Assembly: GCA_015232645.1 (NCBI GenBank)
Contig: JADFZF010000003.1
Location: forward strand, 1 to 54,842
Direction: 5' to 3'
DNA from: Magnetococcales bacterium
Lineage (GTDB): Bacteria > Pseudomonadota > Magnetococcia > Magnetococcales > UBA8363
DNA length: 54,842 bases
Below the pieces are notes generated by a model. It saw only the letters and a list, made by a program, of their open reading frames with translations. It was not told the DNA's origin and made no database searches. The position numbers and the translations under genes were made by a program. Positions 40,799-50,873 of the stretch are shown piece after piece; the first letter of the stretch is position 1; each line of letters opens with the position of its first letter.

Positions 40799-43084
40799 AT
40801 GAGTATGGACGAGTCAATCCGCGCTGCCGCCCTCGAATACCACCGAAACCCGACTCCAGGCAAAATCTCGGTCACTCCCACCAAGGCGTTGGCCACCCAG
40901 ACCGATCTTGCCCTGGCCTATTCACCAGGGGTGGCGGCGGCCTGTGATGAAATCGTCAAAAATCCTGTGAATGCCTACCATTATACCTCCAGAGGCAATC
41001 TGGTGGCAGTGGTTACCAATGGTACCGCCGTATTGGGATTGGGCAACATTGGCCCATTGGCTGGAAAACCGGTCATGGAAGGCAAGGGGGTGCTGTTCAA
41101 AAAATTTGCCGGAGTCGATGTGTTCGACATCGAAATCAACGAGTTGAACCCAGACAAACTGGTCGATATCATTGCCTCGCTAGAGCCGACCTTCGGCGGC
41201 ATCAATCTGGAAGACATCAAGGCGCCCGAATGCTTTTATGTCGAAAAAAAACTCAAAGAACGAATGAAAATTCCCGTTTTTCATGACGATCAGCATGGCA
41301 CGGCCATCATCGCCAGTGCCGCGGTGATCAACGGTCTGACATTGGTGAAAAAAAATATCGGCCAGGTCAAAGTAGTCTGTTCCGGCGCTGGTGCGGCAGC
41401 CATCGCCTGCCTGGATCTCATGGTGACCCTGGGGCTGGATCCAAACCATGTTTTCATCGTTGACAGCAAGGGGGTGGTTCATGTCGGCCGGGAGGGCAAT
41501 TTAGACCCCTCCAAGGCGCGTTATGCCCAAAAAACCGAGGCACGAACCCTGGGCGACGTCATGCCGGGGGCCGATATATTCCTTGGACTCTCCGCCGCGG
41601 GGGTGTTGAAGCCGGAAATGGTCAAAACCATGGCCGATCATCCGCTGATTTTGGCCATGGCCAACCCCGTCCCTGAAATTCTTCCAGAACTGGCCAAGGA
41701 GGTCCGTCCCGATGCCATCATCGGTACGGGTCGGTCGGACTATCCCAATCAGGTCAATAACGTGTTATGTTTTCCATTCATCTTCAGAGGGGCATTGGAT
41801 GTCGGGGCGACTTCGTTCACCAACGAAATGAAAGTCGCCTGTGTCCGCGCTATCGCCGAACTGGCGCACGCCGAGCCTTCCGATGTCGTCGCCTCCGCCT
41901 ATGGCAATGAAAAACTGACCTTCGGCCCAGAGTACCTGATCCCCAAACCTTTCGACCCCCGTCTGATTCTCATGATCTCCCCGGCCGTGGCCGAGGCCGC
42001 CATGCATTCGGGGGTGGCGACACGACCGATGGCCGACATGGAATCCTATCGGCAACATCTGCGTGAATACGTCTATCACTCGGGAATGGCGATGCGTCCA
42101 GTGTACGCCGCCGCAAAGAAAACCCCGGCACGCGTAATCTTTTGTGAAGGAGAAGACGATCGGGTATTGCGCGCAGTTCAGACCATCATCGATGAAGGGC
42201 TGGCCAAGCCCCTGTTGATCGGTCGCCATAATGAATTGCAACGCCGCATCGCCGATGCCGGATTACGTCTTGTGGCTGGTCGGGATTTTACCGTGATCAA
42301 CCCCGAATCGGACCCCGTCGTTCAAGATATGTATCACGATTATTACACCATCATGTCCCGCCAGGGGGTCAGCCAACATTATGCCGAAATCGAAACTCGC
42401 CGCCGAAGAACCCTGTTGGGCTCCCTTCTGGTCAAACATGGTCAGGCGGACGGCATGATTTGCGGTACCTTCGGTCGCTATACCCAGCATCTGCGCTATA
42501 TCGAAAGGGTCCTGCCCCGACAGGAGGGGATTGGCAGCCTTTATGCCTTGAACATGCTCATTCTGCCCAAACGAACCCTGTTCATCTGCGACTGTCAGGT
42601 GAATCCCGATCCCACTGCGGAGCAGGTGGCCGAAATGGCAATTCTTGCTGCCACCGAAGTCCGACGTTTCGGCATCGAACCTAAAATGGCCCTGCTGTCG
42701 CATTCCAACTTCGGAACGGGTGAAACCGCCTCGGCTGTCAAGATGCGCCAAGCCTTGGAAATTATCATCTCCAAGGCACCTCACCTGGAAGTGGAAGGGG
42801 AAATGAATGGTGATGCTGCATTGTCCGAAAAACTGCGCCATCAGATTTTTCCTGAATCGCGGCTCCATGGCGCCGCCAATCTGCTGATCATGCCGTCTTT
42901 GGACGCGGCAAGAATCGCCTTTACCTTGTTGAAAGCTTATTCGGCCGAAGATTCGGTGGTGGTCGGTCCCATGCTTCTCGGTTCTTCGCGCCCTGTCCAC
43001 ATCCTGACGCCTACCGCCACGGTTCGCCGCATCGTCAACATGACGGCCCTCATTTCGGTAGAGGTGGTGCATAAATACGCCTGA
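40799..43084 (+). CDS. maeB: NADP-dependent malic enzyme with PTA domain
   Basis: [49 protein letters not shown]-terminal PTA-like domain. Confidence 0.97.
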   Translation: MSMDESIRAAALEYHRNPTPGKISVTPTKALATQTDLALAYSPGVAAACDEIVKNPVNAYHYTSRGNLVAVVTNGTAVLGLGNIGPLAGKPVMEGKGVLFKKFAGVDVFDIEINELNPDKLVDIIASLEPTFGGINLEDIKAPECFYVEKKLKERMKIPVFHDDQHGTAIIASAAVINGLTLVKKNIGQVKVVCSGAGAAAIACLDLMVTLGLDPNHVFIVDSKGVVHVGREGNLDPSKARYAQKTEARTLGDVMPGADIFLGLSAAGVLKPEMVKTMADHPLILAMANPVPEILPELAKEVRPDAIIGTGRSDYPNQVNNVLCFPFIFRGALDVGATSFTNEMKVACVRAIAELAHAEPSDVVASAYGNEKLTFGPEYLIPKPFDPRLILMISPAVAEAAMHSGVATRPMADMESYRQHLREYVYHSGMAMRPVYAAAKKTPARVIFCEGEDDRVLRAVQTIIDEGLAKPLLIGRHNELQRRIADAGLRLVAGRDFTVINPESDPVVQDMYHDYYTIMSRQGVSQHYAEIETRRRRTLLGSLLVKHGQADGMICGTFGRYTQHLRYIERVLPRQEGIGSLYALNMLILPKRTLFICDCQVNPDPTAEQVAEMAILAATEVRRFGIEPKMALLSHSNFGTGETASAVKMRQALEIIISKAPHLEVEGEMNGDAALSEKLRHQIFPESRLHGAANLLIMPSLDAARIAFTLLKAYSAEDSVVVGPMLLGSSRPVHILTPTATVRRIVNMTALISVEVVHKYA

Positions 43085-43134
43085 GGAGGAGGGGGGGGGA
43101 TCCATCTTTGGCCATTGTGGAGAGAGGGGACCAC

Positions 43135-43228
43135 CACGACTTGGAAGGTGCAAATGCCGACCACAATGGGATGGGACGGAACACTTCCCTGGCTCGTCCC
43201 GGGAACCGACTCAACCTTCCAAGTCGTG
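43135..43228. repeat. 94-bp element with perfect 15-bp terminal inverted repeats (MITE-like)
   Basis: CACGACTTGGAAGGT (43135-43149) / ACCTTCCAAGTCGTG (43214-43228), with an inner GGGACG...CGTCCC stem. Confidence 0.65.
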
Positions 43229-43286
43229 ACACCCATCAAGATAGGGTGCACCTTCGCTCAAATACAGAGCCATCGACTAACAAAAG

Positions 43287-45404
43287 TTACTCCTCCCCTT
43301 TCCGAACCAATCGACCCAATTGCTCCCAATCCAGTTTTCCAGAGGCCAGGAGCGGCATGGAATCACAGTAGACGAACCACGCCGGCAACATTAAAGGACT
43401 TAAACCGCGTTCCTTCAACACCTTGGCAAAGATCTGACGATGGATACGCCGATCTTCAGTGACCAAAACCAGGGCTTCCCCCTTCTGCGGATCATCCACC
43501 GCCACAACCCCATGCAGACTGTCGGGCCATTCTTCGGCCGCGATCGTCTCCACCGCCGCCAGAGAGACCATCTCTCCCCCGACTTTGGCAAATCGCTTCA
43601 CCCGTCCCTGGATCCAGACAAAACCATCTGCATCCATCCGGATCACATCGCCGGTATCATACCAATCCCTCTCGTCCCCAACCGCGGGCGGCTGGATCAC
43701 CCCAGGATCGGATGCCCGCAGATAACCCATCATGACATTGGGACCTCGAACCTGTAACACCCCTCCATCCACCCCCCCGGGAACCGATATCAGTCGCCAT
43801 CCGATCCCGGGCAGCATTCGGCCAACGCTTCCCTCTCGATACCCTTCCGGGGTGTTGACGGCCAATACCGGTGACGTTTCCGTGGCGCCGTAACCTTCCA
43901 GTATGCGAATGCCAAATTTTTCCATCCATAGGCGACGGGTCACCACTCTCAGTGGCTCCGCCCCGGAAAAGCAATAGCGCAACGTCTGAAAATCCCCCGG
44001 ATCCGCCATGCGACCATAGCCCCTCAAAAAGGTATCCGTCCCTGCCAGGATCGTCGCTCCGATGGTCCATGCCATTCTGGGAACCGCCCGATAATCCAAT
44101 ACCGACGGATAACAAAAAACCCGCGCCCCAGCCAAAAGGGGCGCCAGGGTCGCCACCGTCAGACCAAACGCATGAAACATCGGCAACACGTTCAGGATGC
44201 AATCGTTGTATCCCAGGTGAACGCGAAACAAGACCTGGGTCACGTTGGCCAACAGGTTTTGATGGGAAAGCACCACCCCTTTTGGAGTTCCCTCGGAACC
44301 CGAGGTAAAAAGAACCACCGCCGCATCATCGGGAGTCCATCCGTCACGTTGCGGACATCGCCAACGCCACCAAGACCGAAAGAGGATCCCCATGCTCATC
44401 TGGGACCTCCTATCCTCCAGATAGACGATTTCGATTCCTGTCAACGCCGCGGTCAACTGTTGCAGGCCCGCTTTTTGGACAAAAAGCCTGGAAGTCAAAA
44501 CCACCGAAATGCGCGCCGTCCCGCATGCGGCCAGAATGGCATTCGGACCCGCTGAAAAATTGAGCATGGCGGGAACACGTCGGCACAAATGCACGGCAAA
44601 AACGGTAACCACCGCCGCCACCGTGGTCGGCAGCAGCACCCCAATGCGGGTATCCGTACCCAACCGTGGTCGGATCAACTGGCTCAGGATGATGGATTTC
44701 ATCATCAACCTACCATAACTCAGACGCTGCCCTTGTTCGTCATCCAGGACGACACGCCCTCGGCCATGACGCTGTGCCGCCAGGACCAAAGCCCCCCATA
44801 GCGTTTTCCCCATGAACTGGGCGGCCAGTTTGGCCCGACCCAACCCCTCCTGAAGTTCCAATCCGGAGCCCTTGGTCTCCAGGGGATGCACCGAAAGGGT
44901 GATGGCAGGAAACCAGGAGCCTTTCCCACCAACGGCGACGGACATCAGCCGCCAATATTGCGTCCCCTCCAAGGCCAAAACCGAACGCGGGCACGAAACA
45001 TTGTAGGAAACCGTCACCTTGCGCAGGCATCCCGACGCCGGTGACAGCGGCTCCGGGAAATAAACCACGGTATGGCCCTCCACGACGTGGCGGACCAATG
45101 AACCTTCATCCACCTGCTCTTGGGGGACAAAATGAACCCAGCCGAATAACCGAACCACCCAACCTGGGGGACAGTCGGCAGCGGGAAGGATAATCCAGGA
45201 TCCTGGTCCGAGGAATGACGGCAGGAACAACCAATCCCATGGGGCATACCGGTTGGCAGCGATCAACCGGCCTGGAACATATTCCAGACCGAGCGGATGC
45301 AACCGGAACAGCTTGGCCAGCAACAAACTCCACAGAAAGCGCCGCCGCCTGGCACCACCCCAGGCCGGCTTGAGCGTCATGCGACTCGTCGTCGACGCAA
45401 CCAT
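43287..45404 (-). CDS. aas: Aas-like acyl-ACP synthetase (AMP-binding) with degenerate acyltransferase domain
   Basis: FTSGSEGTPKGV, LPMFHAFG, EGYGATE, WYDTGD, GRVKRFAKVGGEMVSL, SGKLD. Confidence 0.85.
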   Translation of the reverse strand: MVASTTSRMTLKPAWGGARRRRFLWSLLLAKLFRLHPLGLEYVPGRLIAANRYAPWDWLFLPSFLGPGSWIILPAADCPPGWVVRLFGWVHFVPQEQVDEGSLVRHVVEGHTVVYFPEPLSPASGCLRKVTVSYNVSCPRSVLALEGTQYWRLMSVAVGGKGSWFPAITLSVHPLETKGSGLELQEGLGRAKLAAQFMGKTLWGALVLAAQRHGRGRVVLDDEQGQRLSYGRLMMKSIILSQLIRPRLGTDTRIGVLLPTTVAAVVTVFAVHLCRRVPAMLNFSAGPNAILAACGTARISVVLTSRLFVQKAGLQQLTAALTGIEIVYLEDRRSQMSMGILFRSWWRWRCPQRDGWTPDDAAVVLFTSGSEGTPKGVVLSHQNLLANVTQVLFRVHLGYNDCILNVLPMFHAFGLTVATLAPLLAGARVFCYPSVLDYRAVPRMAWTIGATILAGTDTFLRGYGRMADPGDFQTLRYCFSGAEPLRVVTRRLWMEKFGIRILEGYGATETSPVLAVNTPEGYREGSVGRMLPGIGWRLISVPGGVDGGVLQVRGPNVMMGYLRASDPGVIQPPAVGDERDWYDTGDVIRMDADGFVWIQGRVKRFAKVGGEMVSLAAVETIAAEEWPDSLHGVVAVDDPQKGEALVLVTEDRRIHRQIFAKVLKERGLSPLMLPAWFVYCDSMPLLASGKLDWEQLGRLVRKGEE

Positions 45405-45483
45405 TCAGATCCCCCCTGCTTTTCGTTCTACCTTGTCATATTCATTAATTGGAATGGATGGCTGATTATTTATTGCTCTATGA

Positions 45484-45787
45484 AAATATCGAAAGAAAAA
45501 ATGGGTCTGGAGGATTGCCCCCAGGGTTTTGATTTTGTTTTTGTTTTTGACTTTTATTTTCACGCGCCCATGGATCCGAAGCCAGATTCCCGCGTGGTTT
45601 TTGCGGGAGTCTGGTGCAGGCGCGCGCCCTGGTTGTAAAACTTGACCACCGGCAAGGCGTCCAGGTCTTTTCGCAAAAACCACGCGGAATAAACGCTTCG
45701 GATAAAAGGACGCGTGAAAATCAAAATCAAAAACAAAATCAAAACCCTGGGGGCAATCCCCCAGACCCCTTTTCTCCTTCAATATTT
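45484..45787. repeat. ~300-bp fold-back palindromic element (MITE/REPIN/PATE-like)
   Basis: The left arm (AAATATCGAAAGAAAAAATGGGTCTGGAGGATTGCCCCCAGGGTTTTGATTTTG...CGCGTGGTTTTTGCG) is the near-exact reverse complement of the right arm (CGCAAAAACCACGCG...CAAAATCAAAACCCTGGGGGCAATCCCCCAGACCCCTTTTCTCCTTCAATATTT). Confidence 0.9.
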
Positions 45788-45860
45788 ATTATATATCAGT
45801 ACACTGTCAATGGTTTGCTCAAGTTGATGAATGTAACAAAGTAGAATTAAAAACAATCAA

Positions 45861-45901
45861 GAAAAAAAAGGTCTGGGGAATTGCCCCCAGCCCGTTTTTT
45901 T
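45861..45901 (-). terminator. Intrinsic terminator downstream of aspS (third copy of the REP-like hairpin)
   Basis: A-run, GGTCTGGGGAATTGCCCCCAGCCC hairpin, T-run; could work in both directions. Confidence 0.65.
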
Positions 45902-46008
45902 ATAATCATCCTTGGGGAATTGCGGAGATAGTTTCAGAACCGGTTTCACACATGGGAATGACATCGGTCGGGAGTGGCCATTGGCCCTTCCCTGATCCAT
46001 CCCATTCA

Positions 46009-47829
46009 TCAATTCACCTCTCCCTTGGGACGTACCACACGACGCAGATACAACTCCCGCAATTGCAACTCCTCCACCTCCGAAGGGGCCTGGGTCAAAG
46101 CACAACCCGCTTTCTGGGTTTTGGGGAAGGCTATCACGTCGCGAATCGATTCCAACCCCAACATCAACGCCATCAACCGATCCATCCCCAAGGCCAGACC
46201 ACCATGGGGAGGAGCACCATACTCCAGGGCCTGCAAAAGAAATCCAAACTTGCGTCCTGCTTCCGCCTCATCGATCCGCAACAACGCTAAAATCTGCTTT
46301 TGCAAGACGGTATCGTGGATACGAATCGATCCTCCCCCCACCTCGATGCCATTCAGGACCAAATCGTAGGCCCGCGAGCGGACCTTCAGCAGGTCGTCCA
46401 TATTCTCCGATTGCAACAGCGACGAATCTTCCATGAGCGGAGCGGTAAACGGATGATGTACCGATACCGGACGCTTGGCCTCCGCATCCCAGTCCAACAG
46501 CGGAAAATCGGTCACCCAGACCAGGGAGAAAGGTTTTTCCTCCACCATGTTCAGGTCCCGACCCAAACGGACCCGCAGCCGCCCCAACGATTCGTTGACA
46601 ATTTTGTGGCTATCGGCACCAAAAAACAACAGATCCCCCTCTTCGAGCCCGGTCACCTCCTGGATGGCTGCCTTTTCGGTATCGGAGAAAAATTTGACGA
46701 TGGGGGACTGCCACCCATCCTGATGCCATGGACCATTCACTTTGATCCAGGCCAACCCCTTGGCTCCGTAGACGGAGACGAAGGCGGTATAGTCGTCTAT
46801 CTGTTTCCGACTGAGACGGTTGCCGCCACCGGGAACCCGCAATACCTTGATCATTCCTCGGGACCTGCCGCTTCCGTCCCTTCGGGCCTGCTCGGCAAAC
46901 ACCTTGAACCCGGTTTGAGCCATGATATCCGTGATATCCTTGAGCTCCATGGGGATGCGAACATCGGGTGCGTCCAAACCATAGCGACTCATGGCCTCGG
47001 CGTAGGTCATCCGCGGGATGGGACTGGGAATGTCCACCCCCAGGCATTCACGAAAAAGTCCCGACACCACCCGCTCAGTCAACTGCATGACATCATCCGC
47101 TTCAACGAATGACATCTCCAGATCCAGTTGGGTAAATTCAGGCTGACGGTCAGCACGCAAATCCTCGTCGCGAAAACAACGGACGATCTGGAAATAACGG
47201 TCGTAACCCGAAACCATCAAAAGCTGTTTGAACAACTGGGGGCTTTGTGGCAAGGCATAGAACTGGCCGGGATTGACCCGGCTCGGGACCAGATAATCGC
47301 GCGCCCCTTCAGGAGTGCTACGGGTCAGCATGGGAGTTTCGATTTCCAAAAATCCCGTTTCATCGAGAATACGGCGCACGATCTGATTGGCCCGATGACG
47401 AAACTGAAGATTCTTCTGCATCCTGGGTGTACGCAGGTCCAGATAACGATATTGCAGACGCACCGCCTCGCTGACGGTATCGTCGTCCAACTGGAAAGGA
47501 AGCGGCTTGGAAGCGCTAAAAATCTCCAGACGATCCACATTGACTTCGACCAGGCCCGTGGGCAGATTGGGGTTTTCGGTTTCCTTGGGGCGATGGGCCA
47601 CGACCCCGGAAATTTCCACGACGAACTCACTTCTCAGTTCATGGGCACGTCGATGCACCGTCGCCTCGTGCTCGGGACTGAATACCACCTGAACCATGCC
47701 GGTCCGATCCCTCAGATCGACGAAGATCACCCCGCCATGATCGCGCCGGCGGTGGACCCATCCCGTCAGAGAGACTCTTTGACCCAACAGTTGCTCACGA
47801 ACATCATTACAATAATGGGTCCTGTTCAT
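46009..47829 (-). CDS. aspS: Aspartate--tRNA ligase (probably Asp/Asn non-discriminating)
   Basis: [69 protein letters not shown]. Confidence 0.98.
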   Translation of the reverse strand: MNRTHYCNDVREQLLGQRVSLTGWVHRRRDHGGVIFVDLRDRTGMVQVVFSPEHEATVHRRAHELRSEFVVEISGVVAHRPKETENPNLPTGLVEVNVDRLEIFSASKPLPFQLDDDTVSEAVRLQYRYLDLRTPRMQKNLQFRHRANQIVRRILDETGFLEIETPMLTRSTPEGARDYLVPSRVNPGQFYALPQSPQLFKQLLMVSGYDRYFQIVRCFRDEDLRADRQPEFTQLDLEMSFVEADDVMQLTERVVSGLFRECLGVDIPSPIPRMTYAEAMSRYGLDAPDVRIPMELKDITDIMAQTGFKVFAEQARRDGSGRSRGMIKVLRVPGGGNRLSRKQIDDYTAFVSVYGAKGLAWIKVNGPWHQDGWQSPIVKFFSDTEKAAIQEVTGLEEGDLLFFGADSHKIVNESLGRLRVRLGRDLNMVEEKPFSLVWVTDFPLLDWDAEAKRPVSVHHPFTAPLMEDSSLLQSENMDDLLKVRSRAYDLVLNGIEVGGGSIRIHDTVLQKQILALLRIDEAEAGRKFGFLLQALEYGAPPHGGLALGMDRLMALMLGLESIRDVIAFPKTQKAGCALTQAPSEVEELQLRELYLRRVVRPKGEVN

Positions 47830-48827
47830 GAAGCGTGGTCCTGGGTCGAATCCCCAGTCTCCCCTGCCGAAGTTTCTTCCACGGTGTCATCCTCATCTTC
47901 CAAGGACTGGCGGTTCCGCGCTCGACTCAACGATTCGGACACCAATTCGACCATGTACATCTTTTCTTCTTCCCTGAAGCCCGCCATCAACTCTTCAGCC
48001 CGTTCATAGGAAGCCACCGCCTCGTCCCAAGATTCGACATAATGCAGCAACATCCCCTTGAGATAGTGATTGAACGGATTGTTGGCATTGCCCTCCATGG
48101 CGGTATTGACCCAAATATCGGCATTTTCGGTGTCGCCCTGGTCGATGTAGAACGCTGCCAGTTTCTGAGCCACCTGCCAGGGTTCCACTTTGCGCGGGTG
48201 ATCGAATTCATCCAGAAGAAACCTTTCACCCTCCTTCTCCCGTCCGGCTTCCACCAGCCATTCGGCGCGACGGGCAATCCAGTAGTCCCACAGGAGGAAA
48301 GGATCGTCACGATCTCCCTCCAACACCTCGCCGAGGAGACGCAACGCCACTTCAATCCGACCATGACCGTGATAGGTGGCCGCCATCTCGGTCAGAACCA
48401 TGGGACTGGCCTTTTCCCTCGGCACCGAATCCAATACATCCACGCTACACTCGTGAATCACTCGCGAAGTCGCCATGGCACGGATGACCGGAGTGGGAGA
48501 GCCCAGTTTCCAGGCCACATTGTCTTCCCGCCCCAGATGGCATTGCTTGTATTTTTTTCCCGACCCGCACGGACAGGCATCGTTGCGACCGATCTTGGGC
48601 GGTTGGGAGGTACGCCGATCGCGCACCGCGAAACCATTCTCGGGATGGGGAGCCATGTCCATCAGCCGCTCGGCAAAATGAATATACCACTTCCAGAACG
48701 GCCCTTTTTCCGCTTCAGGATCATCGGCCAGCCAATGGGCCAACACGACCGCATCGCCCGTCATGGCGGCTTGATAAAGGGCTTCGGCATACACTCCGGG
48801 ATGATTCAAATCTTTTGGCATTCCCAC
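47826..48827 (-). CDS. SEC-C motif and TPR-containing protein
   Basis: [21 protein letters not shown]-terminal TPR-like helices, acidic tail; ATGA overlap with aspS. Confidence 0.85.
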   Translation of the reverse strand: MGMPKDLNHPGVYAEALYQAAMTGDAVVLAHWLADDPEAEKGPFWKWYIHFAERLMDMAPHPENGFAVRDRRTSQPPKIGRNDACPCGSGKKYKQCHLGREDNVAWKLGSPTPVIRAMATSRVIHECSVDVLDSVPREKASPMVLTEMAATYHGHGRIEVALRLLGEVLEGDRDDPFLLWDYWIARRAEWLVEAGREKEGERFLLDEFDHPRKVEPWQVAQKLAAFYIDQGDTENADIWVNTAMEGNANNPFNHYLKGMLLHYVESWDEAVASYERAEELMAGFREEEKMYMVELVSESLSRARNRQSLEDEDDTVEETSAGETGDSTQDHAS

Positions 48828-49041
48828 GGCAATCTGGCTCCTTATCCTTTCCTTGGAAGAGACTTAAGACCCCAACGGATCAAAATTGTCGATCTATAAA
48901 CTCGGCTGCGGTAGGATTTTAATCCACACCCGGTCAGGAAGCCAGGATGCAAGAACATGACAGGCCGCATCCGATCATGTATCTTCTACGGAATACTGAC
49001 AGCGACTCATCGGTTTTCCATAGAAAGGTTGACAAGTTTCC

Positions 49042-50478
49042 ATGGCTCTCAGGACCCGTTTTGCCCCCTCGCCTACCGGATTTCTCCATATTGGCGGCGC
49101 CCGTACCGCTCTGTTCTGCCACTTGCACGCCCGTGCCCATGGTGGAACCACCATCCTGCGCATCGAAGACACCGACCTGCAACGATCCTCCCAGGAAGCG
49201 GTGGATGCCATCCTTGAAGGAATGCGGTGGCTGGGGCTTCAACCCGACGAGGGTCCCTTCTTCCAATCCGACAACCACCAGCGCCACCTCGCCGAGGCCC
49301 GGCGCCTCATCGACGAAGGACGGGCGTATCGATGCGTCTGTACCGTCGCCGAACTCGATGCCATGCGTGAAGAACAACGCCAGAAGGGAATCAAACCCCG
49401 CTACGATGGCCGTTGCCGCCATCGTCCTCCCGACCAAACCACCGATCTCCCTTCGGTCATCCGTTTCAAGACACCCTCCACGGGCCACGTCTCCTGGAAC
49501 GATCTGATCCAGGGAGAAATTCGTTTCGACAACAACGAACTCGACGACCTCGTTCTGGTACGCTCCGACAACTCTCCCACCTACAACCTGGCCGTGGTCG
49601 TGGACGATCACGATATGGACATCACCCTGGTGCTTCGTGGCGAGGACCATATTTCCAACACCCCGCGTCAGATTCATCTCCTCGAAGCCCTGGGCTACCG
49701 ACGCCCCGACTACGCCCACATGCCCCTGCTGCATGGTTCCGATGGCGCCAAATTGTCCAAACGCCACGGCGCCGTCAGCGTTCTGCAGTATCGCGAGGAT
49801 GGCTTCCTTGCCGTCGCGGTCAACAATTATCTCGTCCGCCTGGGATGGTCCCACGGCGACCAGGAATTCTTCACCATGACGGAACTCGAAAACCTCTTCG
49901 ACGTTACCCGTCTGGGCCGTTCCGCCACCATCTTCAATCGGGAAAAACTCCTCTGGCTCAATGGCCAACATATACGCGCCAGCCAGCCACATGAACTCAC
50001 CCACGAACTCTCCTGGCACCTCGAACGTCTCGGCTTGCCCAATCCAGGCCCGGAAACATTATCCTCCATTATCCCCCACTTCCAGGAACGCAGCAAAACC
50101 ATGGCGGAAATGGCGGAAAAGTGCCGATTTCTGCTTGTCGATGACCTCCCCTCCTACGATCAGGAAGCCATCCGCCGACATTATGCCCCCGATCTCCACC
50201 CCCCCCTGGAGGCCCTTCAACAGCGGTTGCAACAGCTCAATGACCATTCCTGGAATCCGGCTCATATCGAATCCACATTCAAATCGGTCCTGGCCGATCA
50301 CCACCTGAAAATGGGTAAACTGGCGCAACCCGTACGTATCGCCCTGACTGGAACGACCGTATCTCCAGGAATCTACGAAACCCTGCTGCTGCTTGGAAAA
50401 AACAAAACCCTGCTGCGGTTGCAACAAGGGCTCGACCATTTCTCAACCCTCGCCCGGCAGGAGACACAATCAACCTGA
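49042..50478 (+). CDS. gltX: Glutamate--tRNA ligase
   Basis: RFAPSPTGFLHIGGAR, LRIEDTD, RGEDHISNT, KLSKR, PVRIALTG. Confidence 0.98.
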   Translation: MALRTRFAPSPTGFLHIGGARTALFCHLHARAHGGTTILRIEDTDLQRSSQEAVDAILEGMRWLGLQPDEGPFFQSDNHQRHLAEARRLIDEGRAYRCVCTVAELDAMREEQRQKGIKPRYDGRCRHRPPDQTTDLPSVIRFKTPSTGHVSWNDLIQGEIRFDNNELDDLVLVRSDNSPTYNLAVVVDDHDMDITLVLRGEDHISNTPRQIHLLEALGYRRPDYAHMPLLHGSDGAKLSKRHGAVSVLQYREDGFLAVAVNNYLVRLGWSHGDQEFFTMTELENLFDVTRLGRSATIFNREKLLWLNGQHIRASQPHELTHELSWHLERLGLPNPGPETLSSIIPHFQERSKTMAEMAEKCRFLLVDDLPSYDQEAIRRHYAPDLHPPLEALQQRLQQLNDHSWNPAHIESTFKSVLADHHLKMGKLAQPVRIALTGTTVSPGIYETLLLLGKNKTLLRLQQGLDHFSTLARQETQST

Positions 50479-50650
50479 AACCGTCCTGGACATCAAGCGG
50501 CCGGATACTTACCGTGACCAGTCCCCCTGCCCATGGCAAGGCCCGACCCGTTCCCACGACATCCCAACACCCAAGTCCGATATTGCTTGGAAAGCAACGT
50601 TAATTCACCCACCACTCTCACCCTTTTTTTGCGGAAGATGCATTTTTTGG

Positions 50651-50680
50651 TTGACAGCAACGCTTACACTCTGCGAGAAT
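50651..50680 (+). promoter_or_regulatory. Putative strong sigma70 promoter of the surface lipoprotein gene
   Basis: TTGACA (50651-50656), 18-bp spacer ending in TGC, GAGAAT (50675-50680); T-tracts upstream. Confidence 0.5.
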
Positions 50681-50873
50681 CCCGCCCACTCTCAGGGTGT
50701 ACCCAAGAAGTCCGCTCCGTAGCAATGCGGCTTCCGAGTCTCCGGCACAAATCTCTGTTTTACTACACACAGAGTGCCTCAAGTGCCGCTAGTTTTTTAT
50801 TGGATTTGTAATTATCAGCTCATACGGACTATCCCCTGCATGGGGACTTCAATCTACAAAGGAGTGATCTGCC

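Noticed and set aside
45297-45782. ORFs 45297-45638(+), 45405-45782(-) and 45560-45742(-) sharing a DCPQGFDFVF-type peptide
   Set aside because: These are translations of the fold-back repeat arms, not genes.
46300-50019. Long antisense ORFs over aspS, the SEC-C gene and gltX (e.g. 47835-48899, 48934-50019); similar ones over maeB and the kinases
   Set aside because: Shadow ORFs caused by codon bias of the real genes on the opposite strand; no motifs.
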